Shown in pieces: positions 29,915 through 39,718 of a stretch of 64,000 bases of DNA. The notes below the pieces were generated by a model, which saw only the letters and a list, made by a program, of their open reading frames with translations, had not been told where the DNA came from and made no database searches. How positions within the stretch are numbered: the first letter of the stretch is position 1; each line of letters starts with the position of its first letter. The DNA lies in the sequence record NC_009760.1; one strand, written 5' to 3'. A program made the position numbers and the translations under genes.

Positions 29915-31576
29915 TTAAGGCTGTGCGTTTGGATCCGGTTGAGCATCGAATTTAGAATCATCTTCTACTAAGTTAAAGATTTGCTTCGCATTCACTGGGT
30001 CTAAGTCAGCAATAGAGGATAGTGTAATGATTTGGTCACTAAACTTCTCTACTGTTGCACGAGATGCGCCACCGTCTAAGTTGATTAAGACAGTTAACAC
30101 ATTGAACTGCAATTGCTCTTTTTTCTTCTTAAATTCTTTCAACCACTCATCTGTGATACCGCAATCGCCATCGGTGATAAATACAATGTCACCTTTCTTA
30201 TAGCGGTCACTTTCTAGACAACGAATAGATTCATCTAATACCGGCATGAATGTTGTACCACCGCTACTATCTAACTCTGCAATGTCCATGATGTCGTCAG
30301 GATCCAACTCACCGGCTGGTATGTTTTTAACATGACTTGCTACAATCTGATGCTGATACGGAATGTATCCGAAGTTACGCTTCTCTTTCTGCGCGACTTC
30401 TAACATCGCTAATGTAAGTGCAGTTGACCAGTCATCCTTGTTTCCTCTCATCGAACCCGATTTATCATGGTCTATGATAATGGGGCCACGACCAACTTTC
30501 TTTATACCATCTTTCTTGTATAACTGTAGTTGTTTCTCGGAGAACTCTTTCATGAATTGGTTACGTGTTGCTGGACTTGCTAACTTCATTAGTGACGTTG
30601 GCGTAACACGAGATAAATCATTTCCTGTTTCGATTGTACGAACAGAGTGACCATCTGGTGTACGCTGCGTCTTCTTCTGCAAGGCAATAGCTTTCATGCG
30701 ACCAACTAGGTCTGTTAAATTATTAAGGCGTGGACTGCGACGAATACGTTCAATTGCCTTCTTACGTCGGTCAATCGAGATACGCATCGTACTAGACGTA
30801 CCATCCAAGCCCCATGATTCCATTGTGTCACGGACTTCACGAACTTCTTCAAACGCCTTCTTCGACGCTTGTTCCATTGCTTGTTCCATGCCTTGCTTCA
30901 TTTCTTCCTGACCTGATTTGTTTAGGTCAATTTCATCTTCTAGATCTTGTATTTGCTGTTGCAAGCGTGCTAGTTCCTCGGCTTCTCTTTGTGTTAAACC
31001 TTTACCGCCGGGGCCACCCTTTTCATTTAATTCATCGACACGGTTCTGTGCATCTCGTGCCTTGTTTAATTGGTCAATCAACTCACCAGCGTCACCGCCG
31101 TCTTGCTTTTCACCAGTTTGTTGCTGTTGTATATACTGCTGTTTGAAATACTGGATTTTCTCCATTGCCTGATTCTGCATAACTTCTGTACCAATGGCAC
31201 TGTTCATCACATCAAACTTTGTATTCTTACGAAGCTGGTCATACTGCTCTGACTCCATCAGTCCTTCCATCATTTGATGGTTTAACCGAGAGAAGGCATC
31301 CATGTCCTCTTCGTCGTGCATACGTGCTTTGTAGCTGAACAAACTTTGGTAAATATCTTCTGACAGGTTACCGAAAGGAGCATACTCGTCTAAACCACTT
31401 TGCATGTTCTCTTGCATAACCTCGTACTGATCTACCGTGTCATGAAATAACTCACGGTCAAATTCCGTCATCTTGATACTATTCTTATGCTTCTGTAACG
31501 GGTCAATGTCCTTTTTCAATCCTAACGTTTCTTGTACTAAGTTACCCTCATTACGTTTTCTACGTCCCCAGCTCAT
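29915..31576 (-). CDS. VWA-domain protein (ViaA/CoxE-like)
   Basis: MIDAS-like DKSGSM, GGT.F and DIVFITDG motifs. Confidence 0.88.
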   Translation of the reverse strand: MSWGRRKRNEGNLVQETLGLKKDIDPLQKHKNSIKMTEFDRELFHDTVDQYEVMQENMQSGLDEYAPFGNLSEDIYQSLFSYKARMHDEEDMDAFSRLNHQMMEGLMESEQYDQLRKNTKFDVMNSAIGTEVMQNQAMEKIQYFKQQYIQQQQTGEKQDGGDAGELIDQLNKARDAQNRVDELNEKGGPGGKGLTQREAEELARLQQQIQDLEDEIDLNKSGQEEMKQGMEQAMEQASKKAFEEVREVRDTMESWGLDGTSSTMRISIDRRKKAIERIRRSPRLNNLTDLVGRMKAIALQKKTQRTPDGHSVRTIETGNDLSRVTPTSLMKLASPATRNQFMKEFSEKQLQLYKKDGIKKVGRGPIIIDHDKSGSMRGNKDDWSTALTLAMLEVAQKEKRNFGYIPYQHQIVASHVKNIPAGELDPDDIMDIAELDSSGGTTFMPVLDESIRCLESDRYKKGDIVFITDGDCGITDEWLKEFKKKKEQLQFNVLTVLINLDGGASRATVEKFSDQIITLSSIADLDPVNAKQIFNLVEDDSKFDAQPDPNAQP

Positions 31577-31830
31577 TTCGCTACCTCTTTCAAGTTCGTT
31601 TCTTTTTCAATTGATATTTTAATGAGTTCTTTGTCTTTGTTACGATACTGAATGTATCCTTCATCTGTATCTGTTAATGATGTAGCTTCGACATCAGTCT
31701 CCGTTTTCAGAGCAGCTACGATGATGTTTAAGACATGTTCTGCATTAAACCCACTGATATGTGTAAAGAAGAACTTCTTGTACTTTGTGACTGTTGAAAT
31801 TCGATAAGGATGCAATTGGTTTTCGTCCAT
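31573..31830 (-). CDS. hypothetical protein
   Basis: Tiled ORF with SD. Confidence 0.6.
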   Translation of the reverse strand: MDENQLHPYRISTVTKYKKFFFTHISGFNAEHVLNIIVAALKTETDVEATSLTDTDEGYIQYRNKDKELIKISIEKETNLKEVAK

Positions 31831-31921
31831 TGTATAGCCTCCCTAGTTAGAATCAGGAGAAGGCGCTAAGTTCCATAAGTCTCTTAGTTGCTTCTCCATA
31901 AATTCACTTACATTTAATTTC

Positions 31922-33337
31922 TTATCCCCACTGCCGAGAAGACTTGCGGTTCGTTTGACGTAAGCATGTAGTAGAGATTTCATTTACGATTTCTTCTACT
32001 TTTACTAAGTACGCATCTAACTTATCAAGTTCTGCGTCAGATGCGCCGTTACGTTCTGCTTCTTTGATTTCATCAGACATCTTATCTAACATTTCGGATA
32101 GAGAAGAATTTGTTTGAACAGCAGTTCCGGCACGCTCTGTGCGGTTCTCAATTTCCATTGTAGACTTCTTCAATTCTTCCGCTTTCTTCACGAACTCTTT
32201 CATCTTCGATTCATGCGGATTCATATACTTGCCTAACTCTTTATCAAGAATTTCTAGCTCCTTGCGGTCTTTGTTCCAAAGTACGTTACGTAGTGCCATG
32301 AAGTCACTACCATTTACTGTGTCACGACCTTCTAATAGAGCATTAGCCATCATGATAAGCTGTGCTTTGTAATAACGTCGGTCAGAGATAACCATGTTAT
32401 TAGTGCCTAATGTACGTACTAAACGCTCGAAGTCTTTCGCAATACGAGCAGGGAAATCAACCATATGTACCGCTTGTTGCAGTAAGTCGATTTCATCTAA
32501 CGTGATTGTTGTTTTCGGTAAGATACCTTTCTTCTTCGATGCACGACCTGCTGTAACCATTTTGATACGGTTCTGTGGGTCTTGGATATATTCAATCCAG
32601 TGACGGAACATGAATCGGTCATAGAACGCCTCTAATCCTTCGTCCTCCGGATATTCATTTGACGCACCCATAACGATACGTAATTCAACTGGTACAGCTT
32701 TCCCATCGTTATAGAAGATACCTTCATTCAGCATAGATAACAGATAGTTCAGTGACGGTTCATTCGATTTGAAAATCTCATCAAGGAAACCGACATGTGC
32801 TTCTGGCAACTTGCCTGTTGTGATACGTAAGAACTTATCGTTCTCCATACCTTTTACGGAATACGGGCCAACTAAATCCGCTGGGTCAGTTGTACGGTTC
32901 ATTAACCATTTGAATGTGCGAGCCTTTTCAACGTGACTTGAGAATAAATCAGCAAGCATCGACTTACCTGTTCCCGGAGGCCCTAAGAATAGAATGTTTT
33001 CTCCTGCAATTAATGCACGAAGAATATCTTTAATTACATGCTCACGTTCGAATACGTTTGCATTCATTTCATCGAAGATGTCTTCTAACTTCGGAACAAC
33101 CGCTAATGCAAGTTGCAGTGGATTCGATTTCTTTTTCACGGATGATTTCGTTGTAGATACTTTCTTTTTCTTACGAACAGGTTTTACTTCTTCAACCTCT
33201 TCTTCTTCGTAATCTTCATCCTCGTCATCCCAATCATCTTCGTCTAACTCATCATCTACTACGTTGTAGTCCTCTTCTAGTTCTTCCTCTTGCTCTCTTA
33301 GTCTACGTCTACGCTTTCTTGCTACTGCCTCTGCCAT
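31922..33337 (-). CDS. MoxR/RavA family AAA+ ATPase
   Basis: GPPGTGKS, FLDEIFKSN, GASNE, AFYDRF, ISDRR; acidic N-terminal extension. Confidence 0.92.
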   Translation of the reverse strand: MAEAVARKRRRRLREQEEELEEDYNVVDDELDEDDWDDEDEDYEEEEVEEVKPVRKKKKVSTTKSSVKKKSNPLQLALAVVPKLEDIFDEMNANVFEREHVIKDILRALIAGENILFLGPPGTGKSMLADLFSSHVEKARTFKWLMNRTTDPADLVGPYSVKGMENDKFLRITTGKLPEAHVGFLDEIFKSNEPSLNYLLSMLNEGIFYNDGKAVPVELRIVMGASNEYPEDEGLEAFYDRFMFRHWIEYIQDPQNRIKMVTAGRASKKKGILPKTTITLDEIDLLQQAVHMVDFPARIAKDFERLVRTLGTNNMVISDRRYYKAQLIMMANALLEGRDTVNGSDFMALRNVLWNKDRKELEILDKELGKYMNPHESKMKEFVKKAEELKKSTMEIENRTERAGTAVQTNSSLSEMLDKMSDEIKEAERNGASDAELDKLDAYLVKVEEIVNEISTTCLRQTNRKSSRQWG

Positions 33338-33368
33338 AATAAAATAACCTCCTTAGAATGTATAAAAA

Positions 33369-34037
33369 TTAATTAAATTCTTTGTATACGTCGCCCATTG
33401 GGTCATCGCCGTTATCATCTGATTTGCCAAGACCAGACTGACGCTCCCTGCGACTTCTTTTCTTCGGTTTCTCATCTTCTTCCCAGCTATCATTGTCATT
33501 GATATGATTGCCACGACGAACGCCACGAGAATCCTTTGTAACATGGTCTTGTAAGTCCAGTGTATCCACTAGGTCATCCGGATCGTTTTCTACTTCTTCC
33601 TCCGGCTCTTTCTTATCCCAGTTACGCTTTTGTTTCTTGTTGCCATATTTGCTCATAGATGTCTTCTGTAAATTGTCTACAAAGTCATCTAAGTTACTTG
33701 CTTCAAAGTCTTGATAAGAATCTTGCATGTCTTGTTTGACTTGGTTCGCAACATCAGGTGTTCCTGCTACGACGATTAACACACCAGCGATTGCTTGATG
33801 TAATTGTTTCATCATATCCATGAACTCATCTGTTGTTTTTACCTGCAACATTTCTTCAATCAATTCATGAATGTGCATGTATAACATTTCTAAATCTGAG
33901 AAGTCTGTACCTGAATACTTTGTAAGTGCCTTACATTCATCGTACAAACCTTTTACAAATGCATCTAGTTGCTCTAATTGCTTTTTACGGACAGCCATGT
34001 TATCGACATTGCCTTGACCGTTATTCCCTTTTGCCAC
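33369..34037 (-). CDS. hypothetical protein
   Basis: 222-aa ORF with SD. Confidence 0.65.
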   Translation of the reverse strand: MAKGNNGQGNVDNMAVRKKQLEQLDAFVKGLYDECKALTKYSGTDFSDLEMLYMHIHELIEEMLQVKTTDEFMDMMKQLHQAIAGVLIVVAGTPDVANQVKQDMQDSYQDFEASNLDDFVDNLQKTSMSKYGNKKQKRNWDKKEPEEEVENDPDDLVDTLDLQDHVTKDSRGVRRGNHINDNDSWEEDEKPKKRSRRERQSGLGKSDDNGDDPMGDVYKEFN

Positions 34038-34512
34038 TAGAATCTCCTCCTTTAAATAAATCAGCTAACTCTTGCACGAGTTCTTCCTCCATACGGATCA
34101 AGCCGAACTCCCAATTGATACGTGTACGCTTCAAGATAACTTTACGTAGTAAATCAATATGTGGCAAGGTTTCTTCCTTTGGCAAATCTTGCATAGCCAT
34201 TTGTTTCTCGGACTTCATCTTTTGAATCCATTCCGCCCGCTTATCACGAAACATCTGTTGTAACGAAACAATGCGTGGCAATTCAGTCTCCACTTCTTCT
34301 TTCGTTTTATGAAACAGAATGTCGTCGATACGAAATGTTCGCTCCATCCATGTAGCCATCGGTTTACCCATACGTGGAACCTGTGCTTTCGGTTTCCGGT
34401 GTAATGTAAATCCTTCAATTTCAACCCATCTTCTATTCATAAAATCAGGTACATGTGGACTATCAATAAATATATAGTCGCCTACCTTTAGTTGGTCTGC
34501 GATGACTGTCAT
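34021..34512 (-). CDS. hypothetical protein
   Basis: Start MTVIA with AGGAG. Confidence 0.6.
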   Translation of the reverse strand: MTVIADQLKVGDYIFIDSPHVPDFMNRRWVEIEGFTLHRKPKAQVPRMGKPMATWMERTFRIDDILFHKTKEEVETELPRIVSLQQMFRDKRAEWIQKMKSEKQMAMQDLPKEETLPHIDLLRKVILKRTRINWEFGLIRMEEELVQELADLFKGGDSSGKRE

Positions 34513-34574
34513 GTCGCACGCTCCTTCCGTTACAATTAGTATCACCAAATGTAATACGAATATACATTTTACCA

Positions 34575-34601
34575 TACAAAAAATGCCGTGCGAACGGCAT
34601 T
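34575..34601 (-). promoter_or_regulatory. hairpin element copy 6
   Basis: TACA-aaaaatgc-CGTGCGAACG-gcatt. Confidence 0.7.
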
Positions 34602-34606
34602 AATGT

Positions 34607-35164
34607 TTAATCAACCCACTCTTCATTATCTACTTGATTCTTTATAGGTAATGTAACAGTTTCAACGGGTTCTTGTGCTTTTTGTAATGCTCTGACGAAC
34701 ACATTATGGTCTGCACTTAGTTCCATATGACGACGTTCTAAATCATCGTATTCAACTTGCAGACTATCATATCTCTTTTGCAGAAGATCATAATGCTCTT
34801 GAAGCGTGATATGATTTAGTTTAAATTTCTCCTCTTCCTCTGCCTTCTGCTTGAGTACATGAATGATTGCATCATAAGACGTATCTCCAAGTGTAATAGG
34901 TTCCGGAGCGTCCTTTAACATATCATGTAATTGCATGGCACGAGCATATTCATGTCGTAATTCACCGGAGAAATGAGAGGCAACTGCCGCTGCTGTTCTC
35001 TGCGGTAAGTGTAGTTCGGAAATAATAGCAGATGCATCAGTTTGGTTATATCCTTGTTGGGTATACTCATGCATATGCTTCATCAAAATTAAATCTTCTT
35101 CTTCTGACCACGGGCCACGTTTCTTTTCAACTGCTTCCATGTATAGTTCATCTCCTCTTACCAC
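34607..35164 (-). CDS. RsfA-like Myb/SANT-type transcription regulator
   Basis: RGPWSEEEDLIL...RTAAAV..., followed by a coiled coil. Confidence 0.65.
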   Translation of the reverse strand: MVRGDELYMEAVEKKRGPWSEEEDLILMKHMHEYTQQGYNQTDASAIISELHLPQRTAAAVASHFSGELRHEYARAMQLHDMLKDAPEPITLGDTSYDAIIHVLKQKAEEEEKFKLNHITLQEHYDLLQKRYDSLQVEYDDLERRHMELSADHNVFVRALQKAQEPVETVTLPIKNQVDNEEWVD

Positions 35165-37032
35165 TCATCATCGTCACTTACGACTTTCTTTTTCTTTTTA
35201 CGTTTCTTCTTCACAATAGATTGGTGGAACTTCGTTACTGCTTCACTATTTTCAAGTGTTGCATCAAAGCTCGCCTGTTTATCATCTAGTCGTTCACGCA
35301 TTTGTTCATCGACAATACCCTGATTAATCAGGTTGATGATATGCACCCTATCGTGCGTGGAATCTAGTCTTCGAATACGATATTTACGCTGTTCCCATAT
35401 AGCAGGATTGTGAGGTAAATCGTAGTTAATCAAGTATCGTCCGGCTTGCAGGTTTAACCCTGTACTACCTGCACCAGTTGCGATTAATACTCGGCATGAA
35501 GGATCGGTATTGAATTTCATCTTACGGCGTTCCCTCACGGAGTCTTTCAATCCACCAACGTAGCGGACGGCACGAGTAAACTTCGATATTTCTCTATGTA
35601 GCATAACAGTCATGCGTTTACTCTCTACGAATATAACGACCTTATGACCATTGTCTACAATCTCCTGTACACGCTGGATACACTCTTGAAACTTCGGTAT
35701 GTCATAAATGTTCTTCACGGCATACTTCTTGTTTCGCTCACGTATCTTCTTATTCTTAGACATCTGGAATAGGTTCGGATGACAACTACCTTGAATACGG
35801 GCATTTAATACCGCCTTCATTCTGTCACCGACTGCTTTCGCTTCCACTTTACGTCCTGCTCGGAGCAGATCACTCTTCTCGGATATTAAATCCTTTTGGT
35901 ACTGCTTGAGTTCTTTATCCAGTTTCAATTGGTTTGGATGTGGCTGAATCGGTACATCTTCTTCTATCATCTTCGGTAGTGATAAGCCAATCTCGGCATC
36001 CGTACGTCTAATGAAGAACTTCTGTATCTTGCGTACAAATTCATCGAGGTGTTGATACCCGATAATGTCTTTATACTCATTCAGTGTTGTGTAACGTTCT
36101 CTGAACTTACGCCAACTACCTAGTATCTTTTCTGACACCATGCTCACAAGTCCAAACATATCATCCGGATAGTTCATAACTGGTGTACCGGTAACAAGTA
36201 ATGCATACGGAATACCTTTGTGGTATCCTTTCTTGTTACGATTGGTACGTGCTTTGATTAATCGTTTTGCGGCCTTGTTCGTTTTACTATCTTTGTTCTT
36301 AATGTTGTGCGCTTCATCAAAGATAATCATGTCAAAGCCCGCTTTTTCTAGCATCAGAGCATTCTGTTGCATGGTTTGATAACTCATGACCATGAACATA
36401 TCATCACTCTTCTTAAACGCTTCGATACATTGTTTCTTCTTATCATCAATGGATTCAGCTACATAGCTTTTACCATTCTTCTTGCGGTAGGTCGCACGGA
36501 AGTCAGCAAACAGTACAGCTTTCTCGTGACTAAACTTTTCTATCTCCTTCATCCATTGCAGACGAGTCGATGCAAGAACAACAACTAACGTTTTATTGAC
36601 ATGACCGGATTGCTTCATTTGAAGTGCCGTCATGATTGCCTGAAACGTTTTCCCTGTTCCCATTAAGTCACCGAGCAGTGCGATGTTTTGCTTCTTGAGT
36701 GAATAGGATAAGAAGTTTGCTCCGAACAACTGAAAGTCTTTCGGTGGCATCTTGAGGTCATGTATCTCAACCTCTTTGATTTTCCTTAGGATTGCAGGTG
36801 GTTTTGGCGGGTCAATATCAAGTAGTTCGTGTCTCGGTACTTTGTATATTAACTCTCCTTCAAATAGTTCGTCTAAATGGTCAGCAGACTCGATAGGGAG
36901 TACCCATACATCATTGTCGCCGTCCCATCTCGCACCATCCACCTGTCGCATCCTCTTATTGTAGTCTTCGTGAAAAGGTGTCTTCACTTCTACAATGTCA
37001 TCGGTTCTTAGGTCTACGAATATTCCCGGCAT
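35158..37032 (-). CDS. SNF2-family (SF2) helicase
   Basis: DLMGTGKT, DEAH, LVTGTPVMN, GSTGLNLQ, WNP-like HNPAIWEQRKYRIRR. Confidence 0.9.
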   Translation of the reverse strand: MPGIFVDLRTDDIVEVKTPFHEDYNKRMRQVDGARWDGDNDVWVLPIESADHLDELFEGELIYKVPRHELLDIDPPKPPAILRKIKEVEIHDLKMPPKDFQLFGANFLSYSLKKQNIALLGDLMGTGKTFQAIMTALQMKQSGHVNKTLVVVLASTRLQWMKEIEKFSHEKAVLFADFRATYRKKNGKSYVAESIDDKKKQCIEAFKKSDDMFMVMSYQTMQQNALMLEKAGFDMIIFDEAHNIKNKDSKTNKAAKRLIKARTNRNKKGYHKGIPYALLVTGTPVMNYPDDMFGLVSMVSEKILGSWRKFRERYTTLNEYKDIIGYQHLDEFVRKIQKFFIRRTDAEIGLSLPKMIEEDVPIQPHPNQLKLDKELKQYQKDLISEKSDLLRAGRKVEAKAVGDRMKAVLNARIQGSCHPNLFQMSKNKKIRERNKKYAVKNIYDIPKFQECIQRVQEIVDNGHKVVIFVESKRMTVMLHREISKFTRAVRYVGGLKDSVRERRKMKFNTDPSCRVLIATGAGSTGLNLQAGRYLINYDLPHNPAIWEQRKYRIRRLDSTHDRVHIINLINQGIVDEQMRERLDDKQASFDATLENSEAVTKFHQSIVKKKRKKKKKVVSDDDEW

Positions 37033-37041
37033 AATACACCT

Positions 37042-37974
37042 CTATAACTGAAAGACAATTGGTTTACTTGCGTAATTCTCATTAATGCCTTTCAAAAGAT
37101 ATAAGTCTGGATGTTTATCCACATACTCTCTCTTGCCTTCATACACATAATCCAGCAAGTGTGCGTGAAATGACGTATCGTACGGGTCACGCTTCGTAAA
37201 CATGCTACTGAACGATTCTGAAAGCATTGCTCGTCGTACTTTCCACGGTTGCGGCCCGACAAGTGTAGCTGTTTTCCCAATGTAATAAATATCATGTAGG
37301 ATTAAACGACTACCATATCCAATATATGCACCGTATATTGTATTTTGATTTTGATAAGCAACGCTCATATCATCCGGATCTTCCTGCTCAAATAAGATGA
37401 AATTACCATTGTCATTAAACACATACCATCCTGTTCCTTTATTTGCATTCACAAGGAACATAACAAAATATGTTTGAGAACCATATTGTATACCAGCTTC
37501 ACCTAACGGCTCTAGTATCATCGTGTCTGAATCAATGAGTCTTTGCACAACGTCATCTGTGTAAGGACGTGATACCTGTATTGTAGTAGGATTAATACTT
37601 TGCGCCATGTTTAACATGAACTGCACATAACTAGTATCAAGAGAGTCTTTTGGTGATGAATGTGCCTCGTATGATGTACCTAGTCTAAAGTATCCCTTCT
37701 TCACTTTCTCGTCTGCACGTTTCTGCGCTGCTTTCGTTGCGTCTTCTTTCGTAGGAAATTCACCTATCGTAGTAGATTGTAGGTTTGCACCGTTCCTGCC
37801 ATAGAAACCAGTGACACCATAAGTTGTTTCCCCACTATGCGGGTTTTCTGCTTTTGAAGCAATGACGATATATACCTTGTCACTTGTACCTTTATGGTAT
37901 CGTAAGTCTGTTCGTTGTACGATAGTCGCACCGCTTGGTAAACCATATCTAAAATCCTTGTAGCCTGTTAGCAA
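37042..37974 (-). CDS. WGR-domain protein with degenerate ligase-like C-terminal domain
   Basis: GTSDKVY...FYGRNG...EKVKKGY (WGR-like); LHDIYY...PWKVRRAML resembles the ATP-ligase fold, but KxDG is not seen. Confidence 0.6.
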   Translation of the reverse strand: MLTGYKDFRYGLPSGATIVQRTDLRYHKGTSDKVYIVIASKAENPHSGETTYGVTGFYGRNGANLQSTTIGEFPTKEDATKAAQKRADEKVKKGYFRLGTSYEAHSSPKDSLDTSYVQFMLNMAQSINPTTIQVSRPYTDDVVQRLIDSDTMILEPLGEAGIQYGSQTYFVMFLVNANKGTGWYVFNDNGNFILFEQEDPDDMSVAYQNQNTIYGAYIGYGSRLILHDIYYIGKTATLVGPQPWKVRRAMLSESFSSMFTKRDPYDTSFHAHLLDYVYEGKREYVDKHPDLYLLKGINENYASKPIVFQL

Positions 37975-37989
37975 CTACAAAACCTCCTT

Positions 37990-38019
37990 AAAAACGGCAA
38001 GCTCCCGAAGGAACCTGCC
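37990..38019 (-). terminator. intrinsic terminator with CUUCGG loop
   Basis: - strand GGCAGGTTCC-TTCG-GGAGCTTGCC-GTTTTT. Confidence 0.75.
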
Positions 38020-38189
38020 TACTTGTAATGCCCTACTTCGATTAGATCAAGACGAAGTTCGGATAACCTGTCTTTCAATTCAAATACTAATACATCATCT
38101 TTGTCTTGCATAGCTTGATGTAATTCTAACAGTGTGTAGTCCACTTCTGTCAGTAATGCTTTCGTGCTGAGAGGTTGCCTTGTTGTCAT
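38019..38189 (-). CDS. small hypothetical protein (56 aa)
   Basis: MTTRQP... with GAGGTG SD; not in the ORF track. Confidence 0.55.
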   Translation of the reverse strand: MTTRQPLSTKALLTEVDYTLLELHQAMQDKDDVLVFELKDRLSELRLDLIEVGHYK

Positions 38190-38236
38190 GTTCAACACCT
38201 CATTACATATAGTATTACAATCAGAAAGACAGATTA

Positions 38237-38262
38237 TACATTACATCTCGTGCGAACGAGAT
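38237..38262 (-). promoter_or_regulatory. hairpin element copy 7 (overlaps the end of the upstream CDS)
   Basis: TACA-ttacatct-CGTGCGAACG-agat. Confidence 0.7.
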
Positions 38263-38633
38263 TGAAGTACCGTATGGTTGACAGGCAATTCGCCTTCTTC
38301 TTGCTGACGATATAAACTCTTGTTAATTGCTTCAACCATAATAGTAGATAGTACAACCATGTCCTCCGGATTGGTTAAGGAGCATTCGTTTAATGTCTCC
38401 ATTACTGCATTTACTGTACCGTTGATACGATTACGTAATGTAATCTTCTCCTCTTCTGTACGACACATACTATCTACATGATTAAAGAACGTAGATTGAA
38501 TAATGTCTGTGAATCCCATTAGTACAGTGTTGAAGTTGTGCTTGTCAGGATTGATTGAATTAAGTATGTCGTTCATATTTTGTTGTCGTTGTTTACGACT
38601 AATGAACGAGCGCTCTGTATTCTTTGCGTCCAT
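38241..38633 (-). CDS. hypothetical protein
   Basis: ORF with SD. Confidence 0.6.
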   Translation of the reverse strand: MDAKNTERSFISRKQRQQNMNDILNSINPDKHNFNTVLMGFTDIIQSTFFNHVDSMCRTEEEKITLRNRINGTVNAVMETLNECSLTNPEDMVVLSTIMVEAINKSLYRQQEEGELPVNHTVLQSRSHEM

Positions 38634-38669
38634 ATGTACACCTCTTTCTTTTTGGCTACCTACATTATA

Positions 38670-38879
38670 TCAGAACAAGTAGTGCCATAAAGCTTTTAGT
38701 GTCTTTTTCCAAGTACCATCGTTCTGCAATTCATAACCACCCATATACACCTTCCCGTTTACCTGTGAAACGTTATTACATGGAATGTGTTTGGGAATCG
38801 TAAACGACTGTCCGTTCATGACCACGAATCTATCTGCTGTGTCGATGTGTATTCCATCTTGTTTATAAATCATTGGCAT
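38670..38879 (-). CDS. hypothetical protein
   Basis: ORF preceded by two GGAGG SDs. Confidence 0.6.
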   Translation of the reverse strand: MPMIYKQDGIHIDTADRFVVMNGQSFTIPKHIPCNNVSQVNGKVYMGGYELQNDGTWKKTLKALWHYLF

Positions 38880-38911
38880 GTATGTTTCCTCCTTTCGGTC
38901 AACCTCCTAAA

Positions 38912-39025
38912 ATAATAAAAAGACTGACATGACGATAGGGTACTCAGGAGGTTTAGAGTAGGCATCCCTGTCGTTGAAGCAATTGGCTGTCGCTTCACTG
39001 TCAGTCTCATGTTTATAGTGCAGTC
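38912..39025 (-). ncRNA. structured leader or small RNA ending in a U tract
   Basis: Outer stem AGACTGACA/TGTCAGTCT plus TTTT enclosing two hairpins; TATAAT at 39032-39037. Confidence 0.45.
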
Positions 39026-39069
39026 ACTAACATTATAACCACACTATGATGAAAGTATACAAGATAAAT

Positions 39070-39267
39070 TTAATCATTGTCAGTAATGACTTGAATACCT
39101 TGTTGTCTTAATTGACCTAGTAAGTCATTCACTTTACCGTCATACAACCCTAAGTATTCCGGTGCAATGTCCTCTCGATTCTTTACTAGACCGTCAGTTA
39201 TGTGCTGCACTTGTTCTAGATCAAGCCGTAACAAGACCACTTTCGGTGTCAACGTCACTGTTTCCAA
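39070..39267 (-). CDS. hypothetical protein
   Basis: Tiled ORF. Confidence 0.55.
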   Translation of the reverse strand: METVTLTPKVVLLRLDLEQVQHITDGLVKNREDIAPEYLGLYDGKVNDLLGQLRQQGIQVITDND

Positions 39268-39718
39268 TTGGTGTCACTCCTCCCGCTTTCGCTAACGGAC
39301 TTGTCGCAAATTGATTATACATTTCATCAGACTCTTCAAAGACGCCTTTGACAGTTTGTCTATTCACTTGTAAGTCCTCGAACACGATAATACCTTCTGT
39401 TTTATCATCGCTGAACTCTTTCAGTACGTCCGTGTTCTTCCAGTTGATTTCTTCACCCTTGAATGCGATAAGATGAACTTTACCTTCATCCTTTAATTGA
39501 CCATAGCCATCTTCATTCACGATTGTTTCGCCGTTCTCATCCTTTTGCATATCAAAGCGACGAGCAGCTAAGAAGCCATACGCTGTGTTTGGGTCATCGA
39601 ATAACATAGGCGGTTGACCATTGGCTGTATCACCTACACGTTTTTGCAATTCAATTCTCTTCTTGTCTGATGCGAAGAACGGGAAGTACCATATACGTTT
39701 ACGTCTTTTCTTTGCCAT
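39221..39718 (-). CDS. hypothetical protein
   Basis: Tiled ORF with SD. Confidence 0.65.
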   Translation of the reverse strand: MAKKRRKRIWYFPFFASDKKRIELQKRVGDTANGQPPMLFDDPNTAYGFLAARRFDMQKDENGETIVNEDGYGQLKDEGKVHLIAFKGEEINWKNTDVLKEFSDDKTEGIIVFEDLQVNRQTVKGVFEESDEMYNQFATSPLAKAGGVTPIGNSDVDTESGLVTA

